Shown here: positions 50,259 through 62,361 of the stretch, piece by piece
Layout: each line of letters starts with the position of its first letter
Position numbering within the stretch: the stretch's first letter is position 1
NCBI GenBank assembly: GCA_977030845.1
Contig: OZ365112.1
Location: forward strand, 12,400,001 to 12,464,000
Origin: Fimbriosthenelais zetlandica
Lineage: Eukaryota
DNA: 64,000 nt
Direction of reading: 5' to 3'
Position numbers and translations under genes: made by a program
Notes under the pieces: generated by a model
What the model saw: only the letters and a program-made list of their open reading frames with translations
What the model was told of the DNA's origin: nothing
Database searches by the model: none

Positions 50259-53200
50259 ATGATGAAACATCCAACACCATCTACTGAGGCTTTTGAATTT
50301 AACATAGGACGAGCTCCACAATTGAGATGTGTTCAAGGGGAGACCACTATCTGTGGAGCATGTGAATCCTGCCAGCTTTTTACCAAAATCACCCAAGTCA
50401 AAGATTGGTTTTCAAAAAGTGGGGATCAGTCTAGAAGAAGATTCGCCTTGGGTCTCATCCGTAGACTGCACAGCGTGGACTTATTGGAATATTTTGTCAA
50501 TTTATTGAACCCTTTACTATGCAAGGATTTCACTTATGCAAGGACAAGAACTAATCCAAGTTTGCAATCGGATCGATGTACCATGAGTGCTGATCGTGCT
50601 CTGAACACTTTTGTTTTGGATAGGGAAATTACCAAGACTTGGTATTGGTTTCAGTCTGCCAATTACTGGACGAAATCAAATTTTATGCTCAGTTTATTGA
50701 GAGAATGTGAAGCCCACCTGCTGTATTTGGTTGGAAACCAAGCTCGTACTTTGCTTGCTGCTGAGCGAAAGGCTTTTGTACCAGAAGGTAAGAAGCCAGT
50801 TTATCCCTATTAGTTAAGACACATTTTCTTTACTTCCAGGAGGCCTAATATGCTATTTTCATGTCATGTAAAATATAATATTTTTTCATAATTGTTAGCC
50901 ATGTCAAATATATCTTATTTCAGGTTTAATTCTTTGCAACGTTTCTCATGTATATATATTGACCTGTATTCTAAGAGCGGTTTTAATATTACATTTTATA
51001 GATGATTTACAGATTGGTGGGTATATATTTGTTCATGAGTTCTGTTAGATATTTCTCACATTTATTATTTAAGACCCTTAGATCTACATGGAAGTTACTT
51101 GGTATAGACTAACGGTTAACAGTTTCAGAAGGCTAAGGTGCCAAATATTATACAAAATAGTAATGTATTTGTAGGTTTCTTTGTATTATATGACCCCTAA
51201 AATATCAACAGCTAACATCTATATGAATATAGTCACCTAGGCCTATATATCCCTTCATTATAACTATTAAATTCAATAACCGTTAATCCTCTGCTCTTGG
51301 GGTTAATAATTGTGGATGTATAGGTAAGTTATGTAGTCAGGCTCTTGAAAGTTGCTCTGTTAGGCATTGGGAAAACCAATAAAACTTAGGTAATAAACTG
51401 GTGCCCTTGCCACTCTATCCAAAACAAACAAATCATTGTCACAAACTGCCCTAACTTGGTGATTTTGGAGAGCGCCATTAATGACTGGGCTCTCTGTATC
51501 TAAACAACTGCTTATCAGTTTATATCCATGAAGATAAATGCAGGAACATGAGTAAACTTTGAGGTAATGTGCAGCTTTATTATCAAGGATCCACTCATGA
51601 AAAACCATGGATAACCACTTTAATCAGTCAATTTGCCATGTCTATTATAGTTACATTTATTACACGGTTGAGAGGGATTTGTGTGAAGGCTATGTTTGGA
51701 CTGAGAGGGAGGACTTATCTTGTGGGAGAGGTTTAAAGCACCACTCCACCCGCCTTGGTGTTTAACCTGACCATTTCGATGTTGTCCAGTCCTAAGTCTC
51801 ATAGTTGTAGGTGTATTACGCTATGTTATGTTAAACAAATTTGTTATGTTAAACAAATTTGGTTTAACCAAGCAAAAAGGATGACAAAGAAAAAACGAGA
51901 AATTGATGGAGAAGTTCGAGTGACACCAAGTAGCCTATTGTGAACACCCCTGAGTGTTCCAAGGTGTTGATAAATACCTTTGCGCCTTAGCCACAAAATT
52001 ATGCTATGACTACTTGAAAATAGGAAGCAATTTCTGTCATGTTTTCTGAAAGATCAGTAGGCCTAGGGGAAGACATTGTTCATTGAATTGTCAAAAAAAT
52101 ACGATGAAAAAAGAAAATTACATCCTCAGCACATTTTCGATGAAAGGAAAGTATTCATTGTATTGTGCTGGGAAGTCAGACCGTGTTTCAGGCTTCCTGT
52201 AAATATAAGCGCTTTAATATCGGAGCAGGCTAGAGCTTGGTAATACTTCCCAAGCAGTTACCAATCGATGTGTATAGGTTAGGGCTAGCAAGAGGCTTAT
52301 ACGCAATAAATCTGTATTTATAAACTTAAGCTGCTTCACATGCATGATTCATCGAGAGCTAAATTTGATGGTGAATGGATGACTGGGTCTCTGCACTCAC
52401 GTTTTGATAATTCCACAACTGAGAATTTAAATCAAATTAAAATGAAATGAAGTGGGAATTGGTCGTGTCAGCTTACGTATACAGGATTTCTACAGAACTA
52501 GTTGTTATGTAGTCATGCATTTGCAAGTATAGACGATACACCATTCCTTGGCTAAAATCTTGATAAGGAATTGTTTAATATGCACGTTTATTTACTTAAG
52601 CACGTTTATCTACTTAAGACAAGTACATACAAATATCCCGACCAGTATGTATAAATAATTAGTTTTCTGGATGAAAGAGTGTGCAGAATAAATTGCTTAT
52701 TATATAGGCACCTTTTCACCACCACTTAGGCACTACCTCCTAATAGCCTATTTTCAATCAACAATGAACATATAGCTCTACTTGAAAAATATAACTTTTT
52801 GTTGGCTGGAGTAAACCATTATCAACCAATTTGCTAATTATAATGAAAGAACTGTGCTCTCAATATAGTATACTTAGCCAACATATCAATAGGGGGTCGT
52901 TTCAGAGGAAAGTTGCGCTACGTTAGCAAATAGTCATAGCATAGATCTGGTGAGTTAGTCTAATATAGTACAAATTGTTAATGAAACTAGTCCTGCTATT
53001 CTGGTTCCAGACCTTTGTCAGCCTGCCAATAGCACGTTACATTTGGTTGGCTGATAGGGCTTATTGTCACACAATAATTCTTTATCAGTTGAGTTGAGTT
53101 AACATATCACCTTGGTCCCTTTATGAGATATTTTAGATTGGAAATTTCGGACACAATGGTTTTGATTATAGAGTCAATTTCCCAACCTAATGCCTTGTAA

Positions 53201-56200
53201 AAACCTATAAATGTAATACATTATAAGGAACATTTTCCTGTCCCCCTGACACTCACAAAAACAAGTTATACAGGCATACACTTTTAAAGCATTCCCACAC
53301 ATTGAGACTGATAATAGGACTAGAAGCAAATCTATTATTCACGGCCATGTGCCACTCATGTTTAATCAGTGCAGATGCGAAACATGGTAACAAAAATAAT
53401 GAAATTTGAATTTAGAACAAAGCTTACTGGTTGGATTTCTGTTCTGACTTTCTGATTTGTTGTAAGGTTTTTTCTGAGGTTCATTTGATAGTCTGCTTAT
53501 ATGTATGGGCATGTTTCATATAAAAGAAAAAGATCTAATCAATTCTCAGATTTTTTTGTAGGTTTACCATGCGTCATATCTGTCGATGGATGTATCATAT
53601 TTTTGAATTTAAATGTAAAAGATGAGCGTTTATTGATGGTATTTATTGATTTCCTCAGATGATTACGAGGCCTCCTCTGTGGCCACCACCTGCTTTACCC
53701 ATGACACTGAGGATCACCCTGAACTCTCCCTCCTCCGCGACACCAGTCGCTGTTACTCTCAGTTGGAATCAGATCCATTCCATCCAGACCTTCAATCAAC
53801 CACTCAGGAATCTCATACCCACTTCACTGAGGCCAAGTCAGGTGTGGATGAAACAGAGTTCATCCATAATGACAGTGGTGATGAGGGCTTTGGTGATGGA
53901 GATATCTCAGAAGTGTCAGAAGATCCCACCTTGATGGTGATCCCTACATCAGCTAAAGGTCATGCTGGTGTTACCAAGTACAAGGACTTTATAAGGTGGC
54001 TCCCAGTCCACCTTGCCAAGAACATCCTTGGGATGCTTGACAAAGTCACACTTCACAATTGTGTTTGTGTCTCAAAGAACTGGCGTGTGCTTGTGGAGGA
54101 GGTGCACAAGGAATCCTTTGAAAAGCACCGGTTATGGGAAGATGTCATGCTTATGCAGGTAAAAATAGTACTTCTTGGAATAATGCAATATATTTTATCT
54201 GAATTAAAGTTGACTCTTTTAAAATTAACTCTATACATTACAAACATAGGCCTACTGAAAGCTCACATTTTTACCAGTGAGAGGTTCCTAACTGAAATGC
54301 ATAGTTATTGGAGATTAAAATGTGAATTTTAATTTCAGGGTTCTGGAGCACAGGGATGTAACCCAGTATACGCTAAAGACATAGATGTGGCTGTACCCAA
54401 TCTGGAGCCTGACAGCTACCATGCCATCCGAACCGACCATGATGTCATTGAAACGACCTTTAAAAGTGAAGTGGACATCAGTACCGCCTACAGTGGGTTC
54501 TCCACCAGGAATATTATCATGGAAGAGCGCAATGTCTACTGTGGGGCATACAATGTTATGGTCCTCATTGATGGGTAAGTCGTCTTTATAGACCTATCTA
54601 TATTTTATTTCTATTCAATCTCTTTATTTCATACTCAATTCTATTTATTTCATACTCAGTTGTTACAGTATATTAAGCTTTATTTTATTTGCATTAGTTT
54701 TCTACTTGATTCATATCTCATTTGACTCCATGATTTGCCTTTTAGTTACTTTCATCATTGTTTCCTATTATTGATTTGATATAGGGAACTTTGTAATACT
54801 CATCTGTAAGTATCTTATTAGGAGGACAATTTTATTGTTTCATAATATCTTTTTAATGAGCTTGTGTGATCGTAAGATAAGGTGTATGTGGTATCGCTAT
54901 GACTATGAGTTCTAAATATGATTAGACAAGGCTTGGTATCTGCTTTTAGCATCTTAGAATGGTATATTGTATCTGTGTGTTGTTTGCTTGAGCATAGTTC
55001 AGAAGAGAAGATGATGAGGAAGATGTATCAATTTACTATTATATAATGGTGGACAGGTTATGTAATTAAACTTTCTCTTCGGCACAAGACAAGGACGGTG
55101 CTGTCCTTAGCTCTGGTCTCTACTATCGGCTATTTTATATAGAGGAAAATGGTTTGATTTCAGTATCGAGTGCTTTGTTTAAGTTAAGATTTGTTGTCAT
55201 AATACTAATATCAACCCATTCCTGACGTAAAAATCCCCATTACATTATTTTCTCTCTCACCATTTCAGGGCTGATAGTAGTAGAGTAATGCACACGGATG
55301 GTGGGAAGTTGATTGCCCTTGGTTCCCATGACAGACGGGTGCGCTTCATCAACAGTGAGACAGGGAGAGAGACAGGACCTGTTATCTCAGGCCATGCTGG
55401 ATCTGTCCGATGTGTGGCCATCAATGAGAAGCTTGGCTTTATTCTCAGTGGAAGCTATGACACAAGTATAAGGTAAATGATCTGATCAGTCTCTAATTGC
55501 CTCTTAAGAATATGAATGAAAATATGACACAAGTATAAGGTAAATGATCTGATCAGCAGAGCTCTCAGTCTCTAATTGCCTCTTGAGATTATGAATAATA
55601 ATATGAGAGTATGAAAGAATGAATTTGATTTTATTCCCAAATATTTCTGTCCTTGCTTCAGGTGCTGGAACCTAGAAACAGGAAAATGCCTCAAAATCTT
55701 CCGAGGTCATCGAGAGACAATCACCTGTTTGGAAATATGCGGTGAAATGTTTGTCTCAGGGGCGAAGGACAAGCTGTGCAAAGGTAATAAAAATCTTCGT
55801 ATCTAGATTAAAAAGACTTCCTGACGAGTTTCAAGTGTAATTTCAATACTAGCAGACACATTATGAAGACGATATCAGTTTTTTGTAGGTGAAGATTATC
55901 TAAAATACCTTCTTTTCCTATTTTAGTTTGGCAGTTGGCTACAGGAAAGTGCATCCATACCTTCAAGCACAATTATGCAGTAGTGGCTGTGACTATGTCT
56001 GAACAACTTTGTATAAGTGGTTGTGATGGAGGCAAGGTCAAAGTTTGGGATATGAGGAATGGAGCCCTTATCAAAGTAAGAAGCAGATCTTTTTGCTAGC
56101 TGAAGGTTTATTTAAAGATTTTGTGACGATAGCCATCTATTATATTATATTTTGGAAATGTTTTCGTTTTTACAGAAATTGTCAGGGCATCACGGGCCAG

Positions 56201-58547
56201 TGACTGGGATCAAATTTGATCGGTGGCACATCGTAACGGCTAGTCGGGATGGTTATGCTCTAGCCTGGTCTTCACAAGGCAACCACCAAAGATGCCTTTC
56301 TGCACTCAGACACCCAAAGTAAGCTGAAATCGAAATCTTATATACAATCAAAATCTTATATAAAATCTTATTTTATGAATAAACTGTGGCCTGTACCATA
56401 TACCTCAATCATTTGTATTTTTCAGGGAGGTACTTTGTCTCGAGTTTATGTATCTTCGAGTTGTGACGGGCTGTGCTGACGGGAAGCTGCGAATTTGGAA
56501 TATGCTTACTGGAGACTGCTTGAGAATTATGAGAGGAAACAGCAGATCAGACCCCATCACTTCTCTTCTAGCCATTGGCAACAGGTAAGATTGTATCCAT
56601 CCATGCATGACGTGTAATGCCCCAGGCAGTGAAATGCGAATTACCAGACCCAGAGTCGAACTTGGTTCTCTAGCTTGCCGGTCAAGCTAAGCCACTAGAT
56701 ATGTATCCGTTCCCAAATGTCCCCACAGGAAATGTTTTCAGTAGCAACATTTTATTTTCTTAGCATTGATTTTCCTGCGGTATCTTAATTACAAATCTTT
56801 TCATTTCAGGATAACACTGAATACATCTCATAACCTGCTGGTTCTCAACTTTGAGCCAATAGAATATGACTACACCCTTACTACAGACAAGATGCCATCC
56901 CTTGTACAGTACAGCCAGTATTCAGATGCACCTATCAGGCAACATCCATATCCTTATGTTCGTGCCCAGCGAATGAAGAAAGCAGGAGCTACCAACACTA
57001 AAATAGTGTACCATGATGGAAAGGAGCCAGAGATGACCTTCTACCGAACAATCAAGAGACCTGAGCAGGTTGCACACAGTGCGAGAACGTTGAGCAAGAA
57101 GAGCATGGAAAGGGCAAAATCCATACAGACGGCTACCTCCACGAAGGCTGACTCAGGATACGAGTCGATGGATGCTACTGAGTTAAAACGCAGGGAGGCC
57201 AAGGCTGAGGAGGAAGGAGGGACTTCCAAGTTCAGGTCTTTTGGTGGAATGAGTGTTAAATCAGTCAGCATAACTGCTGGTAAGCCACCTGCAGCTCCCA
57301 GCCGACCCACAACAGCCAAATCCAGAGCCACTGGTTCCGCCAAGTCTGGAACCATGCACTCGGTTGGTGGATTCCAGCTGGGACGTGGGGAAGATGATAG
57401 TGATATCATAGAGGAAGATGAAGACGAAAGACAGAGGAGAGTTTCCTGGGCCTTCCAACATCCAAATATACCCAAAACCAAGGAACTCAATTTGAATGAG
57501 ACCAAGTCTTTGCTGAGATCTCAAATCAGAGCCAAAGGGGAGGTTGTTCCTCCTGACTTCATCTACTTGACAGTGAATTCTATCCAGGCTGGAATGAGAG
57601 CATCAGAAGCTACTAAGAACATGGAAAACACTCGGAGGGAGCTGGAGATAGAAAGGACCAAGAAACTGGGGCGTCCGTCCTCCTCACCAAGCCGGATTGA
57701 CCCGAGAACGAGGCTGCCCCTAGAGGAGCTGGGTATCGGTGACTTCATGATAGAACATGGAGTCGCACCAGGAGGTGGGGACATCCAGTCTGTGGCAGAA
57801 TCCAAGGTATCTCGTAACACCCAAGCCAGCAAGCCTTCACGGCAGATAGAACCAGGCCCTGTAGTCAAGACCAAGGCTGTATTTACACGTGATTTCAGTG
57901 TCACTCCTCTGCAGCCAGTAAACAAGGACTTTGTCAGCGTTCATTCCCAGAATCTGAAATCTTCGATACCGAAGGGACAGGTCCTCCGGCCACACACAGC
58001 CCAAATTGTGCAGCACACACATCGTATGGGTGGAGCCATGGCCTCTCTACAACCAAGATCAAAAAGTGCTGGTTACCCCGCATCTTCTAGACCAATGTCA
58101 GCGAGTAATTATTCAAGTGTTGCTCCAGTTACACCCCGCAAGAAGAGATATCATGGATTCACTACATCAGCTACAGAGCCTTCCATGGTACCAATGCTTA
58201 TGTACCCAAAGGATATGGTCAGTCGACTGACAACGCTCAAAACCCAGCACAAAGAAAAGATAGCAACACCTCAACCTAGTCCAGAAGATTCAAAGACTGG
58301 AGCTGTGAGTGAACACAGCAACCCATTCAGATCTAATAAGCAGTTCCAGCTGAGGACCCATGACCAGGTTCAACAGGAACTCAAAGATATCAGTAAGAAC
58401 TATGTCAACGAACAAAGAAGAATAAAGGAAGAACAAGAGAAAATGCAAAGAAAACTGTGGCTAAATAAGGTCAAAAGTCAAATCAAACAAGAAAAGGAAG
58501 GTGTTAAAAGTAAATTGTTAGCCAAAAAGTCTGGCCGGAATGGTTGA
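50259..58547 (+). CDS. FBXW10: FBXW10/CDRT1-like F-box and WD40-repeat protein, 9 coding exons, 1259 aa
   Basis: Exons 50259-50787, 53659-54158, 54339-54574, 55269-55472, 55662-55783, 55927-56075, 56176-56318, 56426-56584, 56810-58547 (3780 nt, in frame). N-terminus CQGETTICGACESC..KDFTYAR, F-box DFIRWLPVHLAKNILGMLDKVTLHNCVCVSKNWR, WD40 repeats (GHAGSVRCV..ILSGSYDTSIRCWN, GHRETITCL, GHHGPVTGIKFD) and a long disordered basic C-terminus. Confidence 0.9.
55457..55590 (+). repeat. About 67-bp tandem duplication spanning the exon 4 splice donor of the FBXW10-like gene
   Basis: ATGACACAAGTATAAGGTAAATGATCTGATCAG occurs at both 55457 and 55524, each followed by ...CAGTCTCTAATTGCCTCTT. Confidence 0.9.
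56644..56710 (-). mobile_element. tRNA-derived SINE-like head / tRNA pseudogene fragment in an intron
   Basis: Minus strand: A-box-like TCTAGTGGCTTAG, a 7-bp stem TAGCTTG/CAAGCTA with only a 5-nt loop, and B-box GTTCGACTC. The acceptor stem is not intact, so it is not a functional tRNA. Confidence 0.55.
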
Positions 58548-59520
58548 TAAATTGATGATGGAATGAGTGTTTGATATAATGTGTATTATATTGCGTTAAG
58601 ATTGTATAATAACCCTTCATTTACCCTTCAAACAATTCATTGGCTTGGTATAAGAATATTCTGTAGTATAGCGGCATTTTTTCGACATCAAAGCTTTCAA
58701 TTTTGGCATAGTCATGTTAATTATTACATATACCTCAACTGTGATAGGAACTTTGTTGAAGCTAGTCATTTAAAATGGTTTCTTATATCTCTGTTTCTTC
58801 AGGCCTTGAACTTGAACTCGTTAAGGGGGCTCTTAGTGGAGAGTAGACAACTGAGCTGTGACTGGTAAAACTTGCAACTGTAAGGTTAAGAGGTTTTTTT
58901 CGGTTGTGAAACTGTTGCTTGATTCTCTGTTGCGGGCACACAATTTAGCATTAGAACTATGGCAACACAGCTTTCGAGGAGTAGCATTGTGGAGGTACCT
59001 CAAAGATAATTATACATGTTCCGTTACTCATATACTTGAGTGTGTACCTGTGTTCTTGTCCGGTTTTGTGTATTTGGTGCTGTATAAGTTAGGAAAGCTG
59101 TCATGATCTAAAGGAAACTATGCTTTATGTCTTGAAGGAGTTCTGGAATTTCTTTTGTAGCATAGATCTACTTCTGTGATCTGATTTTAATTATCTTGCA
59201 ATGTCTTTTCGACATTCTGTTATCATGTATTTATGATTGTTTGAAAAGGCTTTGGTTTGATTTTCCCCATTTTACACCAAATCTGCATATGCAATCTTGC
59301 ATCTAACAGACTGTGATATTATGAATAAATACGTGAACACGTAAACGCCGGTGTGTGCACAATACTTGATAGAATATTGTTAATCGATTTTCAAATATTT
59401 ATTGACTTAGGAAAAAAAGTGTAGACCAAGATGGCCTGATATACATCTGTCTGTAGGAATCTAGGGTTTTCCTTGCTTTCTAAGATGTTATTTGACATTT
59501 TTTAAATGATGAAAATAGGA

Positions 59521-62361
59521 TTAGGAAACACCTCGGAGAACTCCCAGCTGTTTTGCCATATTGTAGATTTCTTTCTCAAACTCAATCAGAAGTCGTCTTG
59601 GATTGCTGCACAGTCGTTTGTCTATCATTAGTCCCATCTTCACGGTGCCATTATAACTCAGGATTGAAATGCCCATTCCTGAAAAACAAAATCCAAATTC
59701 AATTGTCACAGAACAATTAAGAAGAACATGACAGAATGAATCCTTCCTTATTGTAAACTCTCAGTATAATACATCGGATAACTATCCTAATAAATTGGAT
59801 ATAAAAATGGCCGACACTTACCAACATTGACCCTCTGTGGAGGCCAGAAGATCATCTGTTGCATGGTGAGCCCTGACAAACTGCACTGGTACTGTGGTCC
59901 TGGCACATTGGACAGAACCAAGGAGCATTTTGAAGCAATGTTGTCAAAGAGCCTCTGTGTTAACCAGTTAGGAAACCTGGCCATCAGGTACCGGATGATC
60001 AAAGCATTCACCACCGGTTCTGCAGAATTCTTGATCCTCAACATTCTGGCCTGTGTTTCAGACAGCCTCTGCAAACGATCTGAGATATTGATCGGCAGCT
60101 TCATGAAGACCAATGCAAACTGATTGTCCAACCTTAACTTTGATTTGTTTGACCTGATGTCTACGGGGACGTAGGTGAGCAGGTCTTGTGGTATTGCAGA
60201 AGCATATTTTTTGAAGTATTCATGGAAGCCTCCTGCCAGACATGACATCAGGATATCGTTAACAGTAGTGGCCGTGACGTTCTTCATACGCTTGACGAGG
60301 TTCAGGTCAAAATTATGAGACCACGTGAACAACTTGTCTCCTGGAAAATGATCAAAAGATTTGATTTGTATTCAAAAGACTGTAGTGTAGGCCTATAGTA
60401 TATACACAAGGCCATTATTATGAGATTTTGCACATAATACCTGATAATGTTGGTCCATGCAAAGCATGCGTATCGGCGGGCCAGAAGATCCTACCAAGAA
60501 TCATAGTGGGTCCCGTGAAGATTGCCTATAGATAAAGATGCATAAAAAGTTGAGATTCCATAATATATAATTGATGAAATTAAGGCTTTGAGCAGACTTG
60601 TGGCCTCAATTAATCTACTATTATAAATATATATCTTACTTTGGTTAACCTCATGATAACGCCTTTCGAGGCAAACCTTTGTGGTAGCCCTTTCTTCGTT
60701 TCTGGTTTCACGTCTAACAGGCTCGTCATGAGCAATGTCATTAGGGACACACCATCACCAATTCCTGCAGAAAGAAATATTTGCACGTTTAGTTCATAAA
60801 ATAATTCACCCACCCGCTTGATCGCTGACTCACTCGATCGTTGGCTAGCTCATTCCCTCGCTCGCTCGATTGGTGGCTAGCTCCCTCCCTCGCTCACTCG
60901 ATCGTTGGCTATAGCTCCCTCCCTCGCTCGCTCGATCGGTTTTTTCTCCCGCCCTCGCTCACTCGATCATTGGCTAGCTCCCTCCCTCACTGTTTTAAAT
61001 TTCTTGCTCCCTTGCTACCTCACCTATTCGGTTTCCGTATTTGGAATATAATTGTGATACAATGTATACATGATGTTATAAAGTGAGATTGGTGGCATGA
61101 ATTATGATTATTTTCTCTTTACAATAGCAACTCCTATATTAAATAATGTATTGTAGGCATACATATCGGAAATAATATAACAATTTATATATTAGACTGA
61201 CCATGGTGAACCCTGTATATGACAGGAATGGCATCATCTATATCTAGGGGTGTCTCCCTCTTGTAGCAGGGGATGACAATCATCATCCAGGGTGGTCTCC
61301 TGCCTGGGGGTATCTGAGAACAAAGCTCACCCACCAATCTCTCTATCTCCTCCTGAGTCCGGGGTAATTCACCCTCCCATTCGTATACATGGTTTTTGAT
61401 ATCGAAACTTTCATCCTTCATCCAAACATACCTACAGATAGTTTGAATGAAACAGAATGAATGAGCATCTTAGAAATATCCTATAGGTAAAAGTGGCAAA
61501 ATGCAATTGATAGATATTTCGTTACATTAATTGGTAAATCCTGTCTCTTGTGCCTTAATCCTATTGCTCCAAATATGCTACCAATTCCGTCAAACTAATG
61601 ATATTGAACAGTTTGACACACTTTCATACCTGTGCAGGATTTTGGTCGGATATCGTGTGAATTTGTCTCCAATATCTTTTCCATCCTCATCTCTAGCGTG
61701 GACCATTCTCTCTAAGATTTGTTCTTGAAACCATTCCAAATCAAATTCTCCCTGAAACGAGAACATCACCCTTTAATAACATTTTGGTTATCCAAGAATA
61801 ATAGGCCTATAACGCACCATATAATATGGACACCCGCTTAGTTAATGTTAACTTTCATTAATCTTTAAAAAAAATAAAAGCTCACCTGAAGGAACATAAT
61901 ACTGTTGATCATAGCCAAGTTTTGAGGACTATCCTGAAACCATACTGAGTCATCAGCTGAGGCTATCTGGGCATCTCCACGTGTGCTAATCATTATCTTA
62001 GCATGTAACATGTGTCGGTAGATCCTAAATATTCTGTAAAATTATTAAACATAATTTCATATTTCAGTTTAAATCACTTCAATATTGGAATGCTCAATTA
62101 TGTATAAGCTAGTAGACTATAGCCTATATACGCCTATTTGTGTATTTGCCAATTAAGGGTTCTTAGTAAGTTTTTCCCTTTCTTTTTCTTCTTTTTCTAA
62201 TAGAAAAAATGTCATAAAAATAACACAACATACAGGGAAATCGGTAGGAAGAGTGGGATAAAGACCAGAGCTGCCAGAAAACCAATGATGTATAGTGCGA
62301 TAGCAATGGCGATTTGAAGAATCGTCTCCCCCTTGGGTGGAGGTATAGGCTGGGGCTTCAT
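59521..62361 (-). CDS. WS/DGAT family wax-ester synthase / diacylglycerol O-acyltransferase (WSD1/AtfA-like), 8 coding exons, 501 aa
   Basis: Exons 62361-62234, 62024-61886, 61751-61630, 61431-61202, 60764-60640, 60525-60441, 60340-59822, 59678-59521 (1506 nt, in frame). Catalytic RVHH|GIGDGVSL (HHxxxDG). C-terminal family motifs TVNDILMSCLAGG, VPVDIR, LDNQFALVFMKLP, SNVPGP and GMGISILSYNGTVKMG. N-terminal hydrophobic helix. Confidence 0.93.
60829..60990. repeat. CpG-rich minisatellite, about 5 copies of a ~32-bp unit
   Basis: Unit approximately CTCGATCGTTGGCTAGCTCCCTCCCTCGCTCA. The CTCGAT anchor recurs at 60833, 60865, 60897, 60931 and 60962. Confidence 0.88.

Noticed and set aside
17-62361. 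Idea of a lipid-metabolism gene cluster (NR + TEX2 + WS/DGAT)
   Set aside because: The genes are interspersed with unrelated TNRC6 and FBXW10, and no shared regulatory signature is visible; likely coincidental.
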